Assembly: GCA_040900615.1 (NCBI GenBank)
Contig: JBBDYP010000080.1
Location: forward strand, 20,090 to 84,089
DNA length: 64,000 nucleotides
DNA from: Solirubrobacterales bacterium
Lineage (GTDB): Bacteria > Actinomycetota > Thermoleophilia > Solirubrobacterales > 70-9
Reading direction: 5' to 3'
A model generated the notes under the pieces. It saw only the letters and a program-made list of their open reading frames with translations, ran no database searches and had not been told where the DNA came from. Below, piece by piece: positions 16,217 to 25,980 of this stretch. Position 1 is the first letter of the stretch. The number at the start of each line of letters is the position of its first letter. A program made the position numbers and the translations under genes.

Positions 16217-18268
16217 GTGGCGAAGGACACCGAGAAGCTGATTCGCCAGCTCTCGTTGATCTCGTTCCTGATGGCCCAGGGCAGGCCTGTATCGGCGCTC
16301 GAGATCAAGCGAGAGGTGGAGGGCTACAGCGACATGAACGACGACGCGTTCGCGCGTCGTTTCTATGCCGACCGGGCGGAGCTGGAGAGCCTTGGCATCC
16401 TGCTCGGGGTCGAGAAGCCCGGCGAGGGCTTCTTCGAGGCCGAGCTGTACTCGCTGCCGCCGGAGAACTTCTACCTCGACGCGATCAAATTCTCCGACGA
16501 CGAGCTGGCGGCGCTGAGCACGGCGCTGCTGCTGCTGACCGACGGGGGCTTCGCCTACGCCGAGCCGCTGCGGCTGGCCCTGCAGCAGGTCGCCTGGGGA
16601 CATCCCAACCCGCTCAAGGAGGCCGAGCGGGCGCCGGTCGAGATGGCGATGACCGCCTCCGCCGGCGGCCGCGACCTCTCCCAGCGCCTCTCCAAGATCG
16701 AGACCGCGATCTCGCGCCGCAAGACGATCGAGTTCACCTATTACACGATGGAGCGGGGCGAGACCGAGAAGCGCAAGGTCGACCCCTACCACCTGGTCTT
16801 CCGCGGCGGCCAGTTCTATTTGATCGGCCTCTCGCACGAGCGCGACGCGGTGCGGGTCTTCCGCCTCTCGCGGATCCAGGGCAAGGTCGGCTACGCCTCC
16901 AAGGCCGAGCACGACTTCTCCCCGCCCGAGGACTTCGACCGCCGCGACTACGGCAGCCGTGCCGACTGGCAGCTGGGGGAGACCAGGGGGACGGCGAAGA
17001 TCTTCATCCGCGAGCGGATCGCCTGGCTGATCGAGCGCGACTTCGGCAGCTACGGCGAGTTGCGCGAGGCCAAGAAGTCAGACGGCGCGCCCGGCAAGGG
17101 CAAGGTCTTCGAAACCAGCTACGCCTCCGATCGCGAGCTGATCGCCTGGGTGCTGCGCTGGCGCCAGAACGCCCAGGTGCTGGCGCCCGACGACCTGCGC
17201 GAGGAGGTCGAGGGGCGGCTGGCGCTGCTGCGCGACCGCCACCAGAACGGCTTCGAACCGGCCGAGATCGTCGACCGGCCGCTGCGCGACGAGCCGCGCC
17301 GGGCGCGCTCCAACGGCCGCGGCGAGGCGGCGATCCGGCCCGAGCGCTTCGCCCGTCTCGTCACTCTGGCGGGGATGCTGATCGACGCCGCGAAACGCGG
17401 CGAGCGGCTGCAGATCGCCGACCTGCGCCAGCGGCTGGAGCTGACCGACGAGGAGCTGCGCGAGGACGTCGAGCTGCTCAACGTCGTCAACTTCGGCGGC
17501 GGCACCTACGTCCTCTACGCGGAAATCCTCGGCGAGGAGATCGAGGTCGACTCCGAGCCCTACGGCGACAACTTCGCCCGCCCGGCGCGGCTGCTGCCGC
17601 TGGAGGCGAAGGCGCTGGTGGCGGCGATCGACCTCTTCGGCGAGCACCTGCCCCAGAGCGACCTGCAGTCCGCCCGCCGCAAAATCGTCAAGGCGCTCGG
17701 CCACGACCCCTCCAAGGAGGGCCTGGAGATCGCCTCGGCCGGCGGCGGGGACGCCGCGGTGGCGCGGATGGTCAACGACGCGATCGCCGCCAGCAAGATC
17801 CTGGAGCTCAGCTATTACAAGGAGAACGAGGACCAGTTCACCGACCGCCGCGTCGAGCCCTACCGGCTCGAGAACGGCAAAGAGGGCTGGTACGTCGAGT
17901 GCTACGACCTGACCAAAGGCGGCGTCCGCCACTTCAAGCTCGACCGGGTCAAGGAGGCAAGCCTCTCCGAGGAGAGCTTCGAGCCGCGCCCCGAGGTCGA
18001 GGAGCTGGCCGGAGTCGAGGGCTGGATGACCCACGGCGAGGTGCCGACCGCCGAGGTCGCGCGGGTCTGGGTCTCCCCCGAGCGGGCGCGCTGGCTGCGC
18101 GAGGAGCGCACCGTGGTCGAGGAGCTGGCCGACGGCGCCGTCGTCGTCGAGCTTCCCTACGCCGGCAAGCCGTGGCTGGTGCGGGAGATCCTGCGCGGCG
18201 CCGGCGACCTGGTCGTGCTCGAGCCAGAGGACGCGCGCGAGGCGATCGCCAAGGAGATCGCGAGCTGA
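16217..18268 (+). CDS. pafBC: fused PafB-PafC type HTH-WYL-domain transcriptional regulator
   Basis: There are two consecutive HTH + WYL + C-terminal extension units. The first begins LIRQLSLISFL ... KRKVDPYHLVFRGGQFYLIG; the second has RVEPYRLENGKEGWYVECYD. Confidence 0.75.
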   Translation: MAKDTEKLIRQLSLISFLMAQGRPVSALEIKREVEGYSDMNDDAFARRFYADRAELESLGILLGVEKPGEGFFEAELYSLPPENFYLDAIKFSDDELAALSTALLLLTDGGFAYAEPLRLALQQVAWGHPNPLKEAERAPVEMAMTASAGGRDLSQRLSKIETAISRRKTIEFTYYTMERGETEKRKVDPYHLVFRGGQFYLIGLSHERDAVRVFRLSRIQGKVGYASKAEHDFSPPEDFDRRDYGSRADWQLGETRGTAKIFIRERIAWLIERDFGSYGELREAKKSDGAPGKGKVFETSYASDRELIAWVLRWRQNAQVLAPDDLREEVEGRLALLRDRHQNGFEPAEIVDRPLRDEPRRARSNGRGEAAIRPERFARLVTLAGMLIDAAKRGERLQIADLRQRLELTDEELREDVELLNVVNFGGGTYVLYAEILGEEIEVDSEPYGDNFARPARLLPLEAKALVAAIDLFGEHLPQSDLQSARRKIVKALGHDPSKEGLEIASAGGGDAAVARMVNDAIAASKILELSYYKENEDQFTDRRVEPYRLENGKEGWYVECYDLTKGGVRHFKLDRVKEASLSEESFEPRPEVEELAGVEGWMTHGEVPTAEVARVWVSPERARWLREERTVVEELADGAVVVELPYAGKPWLVREILRGAGDLVVLEPEDAREAIAKEIAS

Positions 18269-18319
18269 ACGTGGGTCGTGGCGCGGCGAAACCTACGTTT
18301 CCGTCCGTATAGGAGGAAA

Positions 18320-19048
18320 ATGCAGGTCTCGTCCGCGCCAGGGCATCCCGACGTCATCCGCATCGTCGCGCCCAACCCGGGGCCGATGACGTTGGAAGGG
18401 ACGAACACCTACGTCTACGGCGCCGATCCCTGCGTCGTCATCGACCCCGGCGACGACGACCCCGCCCATCTCGACGCGATCCGCTCCGCGGCCGCCGGGC
18501 GCGGCGGGATCGGGCTCGTCCTGCTGACCCACTCCCACCGCGACCACAGCGAGGGCGCCGACCAGCTCGAAGCGGAGGTGGTGTTGCCGAGCGGTGGCGA
18601 GGTCCACGCCGGCCTCCGCGTCCTCGCCACCCCCGGCCACGCCGCCGACCACGTCTGCTTCATCGCCGCGAGCGGCGTCTGCTTCGCTGGCGACCTCGTG
18701 CTCGGGCTGGGCTCGACGATCGTCCCGCCCGGCGGCGGCTCGCTCGCCGCCTACATGGACTCCCTGCGTCTGCTCCAGGAGGAGGCGCTCGAGCTGATCG
18801 CCCCCGGCCACGGCCCCTGGGTCACCGACCCCGCCGCCAAGCTCGCCGAATACGTAGGGCACCGCGAGATGCGCGAGCGCCGCCTCCTCGCCGCCCTCGA
18901 AAGCGGCGAGCGCTCCCGCGCGGCGCTGCTCTCCCAGGTCTGGTCCGACGTCCCGATGGAGCTGCTGCCGATGGCGGCGATGGCGATGGAGGCCCACCTC
19001 GAAAAGCTTGAGGCGGAGGGCCGGCTGCCGGGCGACCTGCGGGAGTAG
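18320..19048 (+). CDS. MBL-fold metallo-hydrolase
   Basis: LLTHSHRDHSEG (HxHxDH motif). The ATG at 18320 is preceded by AGGAGGAAAA. Confidence 0.8.
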   Translation: MQVSSAPGHPDVIRIVAPNPGPMTLEGTNTYVYGADPCVVIDPGDDDPAHLDAIRSAAAGRGGIGLVLLTHSHRDHSEGADQLEAEVVLPSGGEVHAGLRVLATPGHAADHVCFIAASGVCFAGDLVLGLGSTIVPPGGGSLAAYMDSLRLLQEEALELIAPGHGPWVTDPAAKLAEYVGHREMRERRLLAALESGERSRAALLSQVWSDVPMELLPMAAMAMEAHLEKLEAEGRLPGDLRE

Positions 19049-19936
19049 CTAGCCGCCGAGGTACGCGCGACCGCGAAGCCGCCGCCGGTCGCCAGGCGCG
19101 GGCTGGAGACCAGTCCGCCGACCAGGATCCGCCCGCTTGCGTCGACGATCACCTGGGTCGCGTAGCTGTCGGTTGGCCCGCCGAAGCCGGTCTTCACGGA
19201 TCCGTGCCGTCCGAAGGAGCGTCCATCGCGCCGTCAGGCAGCAGTCGCATCGCCAGCTGCTGCGCCTCGTGCTTCCCCGTGTTGCGCCGGGACCCGAGCA
19301 GGAGGATCTTGCCGGACGGCGCCAGGGCGGCGACCGGGGCGCTCCTGTACCCGACCGAGCGGAAGCCGGAGAAGCCGAATCCGGGGACGAGATTGCCGTT
19401 GGTATCGAAGCTGCTCAGTGCCACCGGTGGCCCCGACCTGCCGGAGCAGCTGAACTTGGCGGAGCCGACGGCGAAGAGGTTCCCGCCAGGGAAGAGGTGT
19501 CCCTGCGCGAAGGAGGACAGGTCGGCGATCTGCCGCAAGCCGCCGTCGCCGAAGCTCGGGTCCGGAGCACCCGATTCAGTCAGGCGGGCGATGAAGCGGT
19601 GGAGACGGCCCTTTCGATTTCGTAGCAGCCGACGACTTCCGAGACCGAGCCCCCGGTCAGGACCGGTCGTCCCTGCGAGTCCACGACCGGGCTGCGGAGA
19701 CCGACCGAGGCCGCCTTGTATCGGTTCGGACCGATCTGCGGCGGTTCGATCCCGAAGTTGGTGATCAGCGTGCCTTCGTTGCCGAAGCTGCGATCGACAG
19801 AGCCGTTGCCGGGGTTTTCGGCCGGGAACGCGATCGCCGCCTTACTGCCCCTCCCGAAGCTCGGGTCGAGCCGGCCCGGGTCACAGCATCCCCCTTCTCC
19901 GTAGCGTTGAGAACCTCCGACCAGTTTATGTGACAT
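19049..19936 (-). pseudogene. delta-60 repeat (beta-propeller) protein gene disrupted by at least three frameshifts
   Basis: Repeat-like peptides (GNGSVDRSFGNEGT; SFDTNGNLVPGFGFSG; LLPDGAMD then, in the -1 frame, RSFGRHGSVKTGFGG; final FAVAR then YLGG-stop in another frame) are spread over three frames between the ATG at 19936 and the TAG at 19049. Confidence 0.55.
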
Positions 19937-19999
19937 GCACCGACCCAAAATCCCTGGATCGGCGAACTGGCTGGACAGCCAGTCTGATAAACACTCCGC

Positions 20000-22390
20000 A
20001 TGGGAAGGCGTCGTAGTCAGCACAGGGTGGCCAAGGCGGGGCTTCTCGCCGGCGCGGCCGGCACCGGGCTTGCGGCCGTCACTGCCGCGGCGGCATGGCA
20101 CTGGCTGGCGCGGCGGCCGCTGCCGAAGCAGAAGGGGACGATCGAGCTGGACGGGCTCGAAGGCCCGGTGCGGGTGCGCCGCGACCGCTGGGGCGTCCCC
20201 CACATCGATGCCTCCAATCGCGCCGACCTCTACTTCGCCCAGGGCTTCTCCCACGGGCAGGACCGGCTCTGGCAGATGGACTTCTACCGCCGCGTCGTCC
20301 GCGGCCGGGTATCCGAGATGGCCGGCCCCGAGGGGCTACCGGTCGATCGCCTCATGCGCACGCTCGGAATCCGCCGCGTCGCCGAAGGCGAGGAGGCGGC
20401 CCTCGACCCCGAGCTGCGGGCCCTGCTGGAGCGCTTCTGCGAGGGGGTCAACGCCGCCGCCGCGGACGCCTCGGCACCGCCGTTCGAGATGCAGCTGCTG
20501 CGGCTCGAGTTCGAGCCCTGGCAGCCGGTCGACATCCTCAGCCTCGGCAAGCTGCTCGCCTTCGGCCTCTCGACCAACTGGGAGCGGGAGCTGCTGCGCG
20601 CCGACATGCTGCGCGAGCTCGGGCCGGAGCTGACCGCCCGCCTCGACCCGACCTATCCCGCCGACAACCCGGTCGTCACCCAGGAAGCGTGGAGTGGCGA
20701 CGGCCTCGCGATCGTCGAGCAGATCGACGCCGTGCGGCGCTCGATGGGGCTGGCGGCGGAGGCAAGCGGCTCCAACAACTGGGCCGTCAGCGGCGCCCTC
20801 AGCGCCACCGGGTCGCCGCTGATCGCCGGTGACCCGCACCTGCCCCCGAGCATGCCGGGCATCTGGTACCAGGTGAGCCTGCGCCAGGGCGATCGCTTCG
20901 TCCGCGGCGCCTCGATGCCGGGGATGCCGGGCGTCTACATGGGCCAGAACAACGACGTCTGCTGGACCTTCACCAACGTCATGGCTGATGTCCAGGACCT
21001 CTTCGTCGAGCGGATCGAGGGCGACCGCTACCTGTTCGAGGACGAGTGGCGCCCGCTGGAGACCGTGCGCGAGGAGATCGCCGTCAAGGGGCGGACAGAG
21101 CCGGTCGTGCTCGACGTGCGCAGCACCCACCACGGCCCGATCGTCAACGAGGCGCTCGGCGCCGACGAGGCCGAGCCGCTGGCGCTGAGTTGGCAGACGC
21201 TGAGCGAACCGACCGCCTTCGCCGGCATGTTCGAGCTGCTCGACATCGGCACCGGCCCCGAGCTGGTCGCGAAGCTCGAGGCCCACACCTCGCCTGCCTC
21301 GAACCTCGTCTGGGCCGACCGCCACGGCTCGATCGGCTACAAGCTGATCGGCCGCCTGCCGCTGCGGCGCGGCGGCTGCCCTGACCTGCCGAAGCCGGGC
21401 TGGAGCGGGGAGTTCGAGTGGGAGGGGACGGTCCCCTACGACGAGCTGCCGGAGGTCGTCGACCCCGAGAGCGGGTTCCTCGTCACCGCCAACAACCGCA
21501 TCGTCGGCGACGACTACCCCCACCACATCACCAGCGAATGGCTGGACGGCTTCCGCGCCAAGCGGATCGAGCAGCTGCTCAGGGAGAGCGAGGAGCACGA
21601 CATCGCCGGCTTCGAGGCGATGCAGTCCGACAACCTCTCGCTGCCCGGGATCGAGGCGGCGCGCCGGCTGGGCCGCCTCTCACCGCGCGGCCAGCGCGAG
21701 CTCAGCGCGATCGAGCGGCTGCGCAGCTGGGACGGCCGGCTCGACCCCGGCACGATCGCCGGCACGATCTACCAGGCCTTCCTGCTGCGCCTGGCGCGCG
21801 AGGTCGCACGGGCCGCGATCGGCGACCGCGACCTCTCCGAGCGCTGGCTCGACCGCGCCGACAACGGCTTCATGCCCCACATCACCTCGCCCTGGCGCTG
21901 GCACTCGCACCTGATGGGCCTCTGGGAGGAGGGCGACGAGGAGCTGATCGGCCGCCCCTGGGACGAGCTGGTCCTCGAGGCCCTGGCGGGCGCCCTCGAC
22001 GACCTCGAGGAGCGCTTCGGGCCCGACCCCGAGGCCTGGCGCTGGGGCCACGTGCACGAGATGGAGTTCCCGCACCCGCTCGGCGACGCCAACCCGCTGC
22101 TGCGCCGGCTGCTCAACCGCAGCCTGCGGGCCGGGGGCGCACAGGAGACCGTGAGCCAGATCGCCTACGACCCCAACAACCCCTACAAGGCCGTCTGGGC
22201 GCCGAGCTGGCGGATGGTCGCCGACCCGACCGACCCCGACCGCTCGCGCTGGCAGATGTTCACCGGCCAGTCCGGGCACCCCGCCAGCCCCCACTACGAC
22301 GACCTCCAGCCTGACTGGCTCGAGGGCCGCACCCAGCCGATGAGCGGCGAGGGGCCGTGGCGGGAGCTTGACCTAGTCCCGAGCGCCTAG
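20000..22390 (+). CDS. penicillin acylase family (Ntn-hydrolase) protein
   Basis: RDRWGVPHI, LYFAQGFSHGQDRLWQMD, and the SNNWAV nucleophile-serine context followed by GDPHL. Confidence 0.85.
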   Translation: MGRRRSQHRVAKAGLLAGAAGTGLAAVTAAAAWHWLARRPLPKQKGTIELDGLEGPVRVRRDRWGVPHIDASNRADLYFAQGFSHGQDRLWQMDFYRRVVRGRVSEMAGPEGLPVDRLMRTLGIRRVAEGEEAALDPELRALLERFCEGVNAAAADASAPPFEMQLLRLEFEPWQPVDILSLGKLLAFGLSTNWERELLRADMLRELGPELTARLDPTYPADNPVVTQEAWSGDGLAIVEQIDAVRRSMGLAAEASGSNNWAVSGALSATGSPLIAGDPHLPPSMPGIWYQVSLRQGDRFVRGASMPGMPGVYMGQNNDVCWTFTNVMADVQDLFVERIEGDRYLFEDEWRPLETVREEIAVKGRTEPVVLDVRSTHHGPIVNEALGADEAEPLALSWQTLSEPTAFAGMFELLDIGTGPELVAKLEAHTSPASNLVWADRHGSIGYKLIGRLPLRRGGCPDLPKPGWSGEFEWEGTVPYDELPEVVDPESGFLVTANNRIVGDDYPHHITSEWLDGFRAKRIEQLLRESEEHDIAGFEAMQSDNLSLPGIEAARRLGRLSPRGQRELSAIERLRSWDGRLDPGTIAGTIYQAFLLRLAREVARAAIGDRDLSERWLDRADNGFMPHITSPWRWHSHLMGLWEEGDEELIGRPWDELVLEALAGALDDLEERFGPDPEAWRWGHVHEMEFPHPLGDANPLLRRLLNRSLRAGGAQETVSQIAYDPNNPYKAVWAPSWRMVADPTDPDRSRWQMFTGQSGHPASPHYDDLQPDWLEGRTQPMSGEGPWRELDLVPSA

Positions 22391-23026
22391 CCGCGAGTCG
22401 CTCGCGCCGGCGGCGGCCGTGACCGCCTCGACGATCGCGGCTGGCGCCTTCTGCGGCGAGCCGGCATCGAACGGAGGCCGGGGGTCGTACTCGATCGCCA
22501 GCTGGACCGATTCGGCGACCTCCGGGCCGGCCTCGCGGCCGACCAGGTGCAGGGCCATGTCGATCCCGGCGGAGACGCCGGCGGCGGTCATCACCTTGCC
22601 GTCCTCGACGAAGCGGCCGCCCACCGGGTCGGCGCCGTAGCCCCGCAGCGGCTCCAGGTAGAGCCAGTGGCCGGTCGCCCGCTTGCCCTCGAGCAGGCCG
22701 GCGGCGCCGAGCAGGAGGGAGCCGGTGCAGACCGAGGTGGTCCAGGTGGTCTGGCGGTCGACGTCGCGCAGCCAGCCGAGCAGCCCCTCGTCCTTCAGCA
22801 GAGGCCGGTTCCCGGCGCCGCCCGGGATCAGGACGATGTCCGGGTCCGCTACTTCCGCCAGCGCGCGGTCGGCGCTGAGCCCGAGGGCGCCGCTGTCGGT
22901 TCGCACCTCGCCCCGTTCCTTGGCGACGAACTCGACCTCCCAGCCGGGAACCGAGCGAAGCACCTCGTAGGGGCCGACCGCGTCAAGCGCGGTGAGTCCA
23001 TCGAAGATCAGGATCGCGGTCTTCAC
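22373..23026 (-). CDS. DJ-1/PfpI family protein
   Basis: ILIFDGLTALDAVGPYEVL and the nucleophile-elbow motif SVCTGSLLLGAAGLL. The start is GTG. Confidence 0.85.
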   Translation of the reverse strand: MKTAILIFDGLTALDAVGPYEVLRSVPGWEVEFVAKERGEVRTDSGALGLSADRALAEVADPDIVLIPGGAGNRPLLKDEGLLGWLRDVDRQTTWTTSVCTGSLLLGAAGLLEGKRATGHWLYLEPLRGYGADPVGGRFVEDGKVMTAAGVSAGIDMALHLVGREAGPEVAESVQLAIEYDPRPPFDAGSPQKAPAAIVEAVTAAAGASDSRLGARD

Positions 23027-23120
23027 GGCCCAATTGTCGCCCCCTGAAGCCTTTTGGTGCCGATAGGCCCCAAGATCCCTCAGTGGTTCGCGACTCCGGC
23101 CCTCGCGTAGAGTCCCGCGG

Positions 23121-23588
23121 GTGAGTCGCCGCGACGAGATGAAGCTCAGCGACGCCGAGCTGGCGGAGCTGATGGACGCCGAGCGGGTCGCGGTCGTCTC
23201 CAGCCTCGGGCCGCGTGGCTGGCCGCACTCGACGCCGCTCTGGTTCGTGGTCCGCGAGGGCGAGGTCTGGATCTGGACCTACGCCAAGTCGCAGAAGGTC
23301 CGCAACCTCGAACGCGACCCGCGGGCAACGGTGCTGATCGAGGCCGGCGAGGACTACTCGGAGCTGCGGGGGGCGATGATCGAGACCGAGGCGGTGCTCC
23401 ATCGTGACTTCGAGACGGTGCTCGGCTTCGCCGAAGAGCTGGCGCTGCGCTACGGCGGCAGCCTCGCCTCGCTCGGCGCCGACGCCAAGGCAGGGCTCGA
23501 AGCCCAGGCGCCGAAACGGGTCGCGATCCAGTTCAAGCCGCTGCGCACGGCGACCTGGGACCACCGCAAGCTCGGCGGCACCTACTGA
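23121..23588 (+). CDS. pyridoxamine 5'-phosphate oxidase family (PPOX-class, possibly F420-dependent) protein
   Basis: Size is about 155 aa. VAVVSSLGPRGWPHSTPLWFVV and SQKVRNLERDPRATVLI are typical of the split-barrel family. Confidence 0.75.
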   Translation: MSRRDEMKLSDAELAELMDAERVAVVSSLGPRGWPHSTPLWFVVREGEVWIWTYAKSQKVRNLERDPRATVLIEAGEDYSELRGAMIETEAVLHRDFETVLGFAEELALRYGGSLASLGADAKAGLEAQAPKRVAIQFKPLRTATWDHRKLGGTY

Positions 23589-23661
23589 GCCGGCGGTGGG
23601 CCGCGACATTCGGCCCGTGGCCGTGTTCCAACCTGACCCAACCGCTACCGTTCCCAGCTCG

Positions 23662-24783
23662 ATGAAACGACGCCTCACAGCCCTCCTCCTCACGGTCTGC
23701 CTGGCCGGTGCCCTCCTGATCGGAGTCCAGGCCGGGTCGGCGAAGCTGCCCCCGGGCGCGCCGAAGGGGTTCTTCGGGATCGGCCCGCAGACGGGCGTCA
23801 CCCAGGAGGACGCCAGCTACATGAGGGCGGGCGGGATCGAAAGCATTCGCGTCCCCGTCTCCTGGGCGGCGATCCAGCCGACGAGGAACGGCGGCTACGA
23901 CTGGGCCGGTCTGGACGAAGCGGTGGAGACCGCCACCCGCGCCGGCCTGCGCGTGCTCCCCTTCCTCTACACCACGCCGCGCTGGCTGGCTGGGAACTGG
24001 CGCACGCTGCCGGTCAACAACGGCAAGCAGCGGTCGGCATGGCAGGCATTCCTGAGAGCGGCCGTCGAACGCTACGGCCCGGGCGGCGACTTCTGGAACG
24101 AGCACGCGCCAGGGGCCGTCCAGTACGAGCCGGCGATCGGCGCCCCGCTGCCGATCCGCACCTGGCAGATCTGGAACGAGGCCAACTTCTTCTACTTCGC
24201 CCACCCGGTCTCCCCGGCCCGCTACGCGAAGCTGGCGATGATCTCCGGCGGCGCGATCAAGTCCGTCGACCCCAGCGCCCAGGTCGTCCTCAGCGGGCTC
24301 TTCGGCGAACCGACGGCGAAGGGCGCGCGGGGGATGGACGCGACCGACTTCCTCAGCGCCGTCTACCGCAAGCCGGGCATCAAGAGCCGCTTCGACGGGA
24401 TCGCGCTGCACCCCTACGCGGTCGACGCCGAATCGCTCGAAGAGATGATCGAAGGGATCCATGAGGTGACCGTGGAAAACCACGACCGGCCCGGCCTCTA
24501 CATCACCGAGATGGGCTGGGGGTCCCAGAACAACTTCCAGCAGGTCGCCTTCGAGCAGGGGGTCAGGGGGCAGGTGAAGCAGCTTCGCGCCGCCTACGGC
24601 TTCATGCTGGAGAACTACCGCCGCCTCAACCTCAAGGGCGCATACTGGTTCTCATGGAAGGATCTGCCGGGGTCCTGCAACTTCTGCGACTCGGTCGGGC
24701 TCTTCCGCGCCGGTCCGAAGTTCCGCGCCAAGCCCGCCTGGCACGCCTTCGTCGCGATCACCGGCGGTCGCGCCCGTCCGTAG
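23662..24783 (+). CDS. secreted clan GH-A (TIM-barrel) glycoside hydrolase-like protein, paralog 1
   Basis: Signal peptide MKRRLTALLLTVCLAGALL. IRTWQIWNEANF (acid/base NE) and LYITEMGW (nucleophile E) motifs. It is homologous to 56405..57556. Confidence 0.65.
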   Translation: MKRRLTALLLTVCLAGALLIGVQAGSAKLPPGAPKGFFGIGPQTGVTQEDASYMRAGGIESIRVPVSWAAIQPTRNGGYDWAGLDEAVETATRAGLRVLPFLYTTPRWLAGNWRTLPVNNGKQRSAWQAFLRAAVERYGPGGDFWNEHAPGAVQYEPAIGAPLPIRTWQIWNEANFFYFAHPVSPARYAKLAMISGGAIKSVDPSAQVVLSGLFGEPTAKGARGMDATDFLSAVYRKPGIKSRFDGIALHPYAVDAESLEEMIEGIHEVTVENHDRPGLYITEMGWGSQNNFQQVAFEQGVRGQVKQLRAAYGFMLENYRRLNLKGAYWFSWKDLPGSCNFCDSVGLFRAGPKFRAKPAWHAFVAITGGRARP

Positions 24784-24794
24784 TCTCCGCAGAT

Positions 24795-25973
24795 GTGAAA
24801 CTTGTACTCGGGACGAACCACCTGGGGCTGGGCGGTAGCGAGTCGTATCTGATCACCGTCGCCGAGCAGCTTGACCGGCTCGGCCACGAGGTCGTCCTCT
24901 ACGCGTCAGAAACAGGCGAAGGCGTCGCCGTCGCCCTGGAGCGGGGGCTGACGCTCGTCGACGAGGCGGAGTTGCCGGAGGACTGCGACGCGGCCCTGGT
25001 CCAGGACGGCGCCGTCTCCTACCAGCTCGCCGAGCTCCTGCCTTCGCTGCCGCAGCTCTTCGTCGCCCACAGCGAGAGCTTCGACCTGCAGGCCCCGCCG
25101 CAGCTCGAGGGAATCGTGGGCGCCATCGTCGCGCTCAACGATCGCGTGGCGGCGCGGCTGCGCAGCTACGCGCTGGAGGTCGACGTCGTCCGCCTGCACC
25201 AGCCGATCGACACCGAGCGCTTCATGCCACGATCGGCCCTGCCGAGGGTTGCGCGCCGCGCGCTGCTTTTCAGCAACACGCCCCACACCGATCGGCTCGG
25301 CATGCTGGAGTGGGCGTGCGCCGAGGTGGGGCTCGAACTGGTGCGACTGGGGACGCTGAGTGGTCAGACCAGGGACCCGCGTCCGGCTCTCGCAAGCGCT
25401 GAGATCGTGATCGGCTACGGTCGCTCGATCCTCGAGGCGATGGCCTGCGGCCGCGCCGCCTTCGTGTACGACTGGAACGGCGGCGAGGGCTGGATGACGC
25501 CCGACGCCTACCCGGCGATCGAGGCCGACGGCATCGCCGGCAGGAGCGGCCGCGTGATCCTCGACGCGGATGGGCTCGCCGAGGGCCTTCGCGGATATGA
25601 CCCGTCGATGGGACCCGCCAACCACGATCTGGTGATGGCGCACCATCGCGCCAACGTCCATGCCCAGGAGCTGGTCGAGCAGTTCCGGAGGCTCTCCGCC
25701 CCGGCACCGCGGCCGCGGTCGCCGCTGCAGGAGATGGCGCGGCTGGTCCGTCTCGAGTGGCGCGCCCGCGGCGACGTTCACTCCCTCCAGCAGGAGAACG
25801 CGATGCTGCGGCGGCTGCTGGGAGAAAGCGAGCAGAGCGCCCGCGAGGCGCGAGAGCACGCTGCCAGAACGGAAGCGCGGGTTCGGCACTCCTACGAGGC
25901 CAGCGTCAGCTGGCGCTTCACCGCACCCCTGCGCGCAGTGAAACGGGCGATCCGCCGCCTCCTGCGTATCTGA
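24795..25973 (+). CDS. GT-B fold (GT4-like) glycosyltransferase with C-terminal coiled-coil tail
   Basis: The GTG at 24795 lies within ORF 24654..25973. GGSESYL and ILEAMACGRAAFVYD are motifs of the GT4 type. The C-terminus LQQENAMLRRLLGESEQSAREAREH is heptad-like. Confidence 0.7.
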   Translation: MKLVLGTNHLGLGGSESYLITVAEQLDRLGHEVVLYASETGEGVAVALERGLTLVDEAELPEDCDAALVQDGAVSYQLAELLPSLPQLFVAHSESFDLQAPPQLEGIVGAIVALNDRVAARLRSYALEVDVVRLHQPIDTERFMPRSALPRVARRALLFSNTPHTDRLGMLEWACAEVGLELVRLGTLSGQTRDPRPALASAEIVIGYGRSILEAMACGRAAFVYDWNGGEGWMTPDAYPAIEADGIAGRSGRVILDADGLAEGLRGYDPSMGPANHDLVMAHHRANVHAQELVEQFRRLSAPAPRPRSPLQEMARLVRLEWRARGDVHSLQQENAMLRRLLGESEQSAREAREHAARTEARVRHSYEASVSWRFTAPLRAVKRAIRRLLRI

Positions 25974-25980
25974 AACCGGA

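Noticed and set aside
16141-18312. 723-aa ORF overlapping pafBC
   Set aside because: It is in the +1 frame relative to the WYL regulator and gives a poly-Arg/Gly/Ala translation. The 16217..18268 frame carries the real domains.
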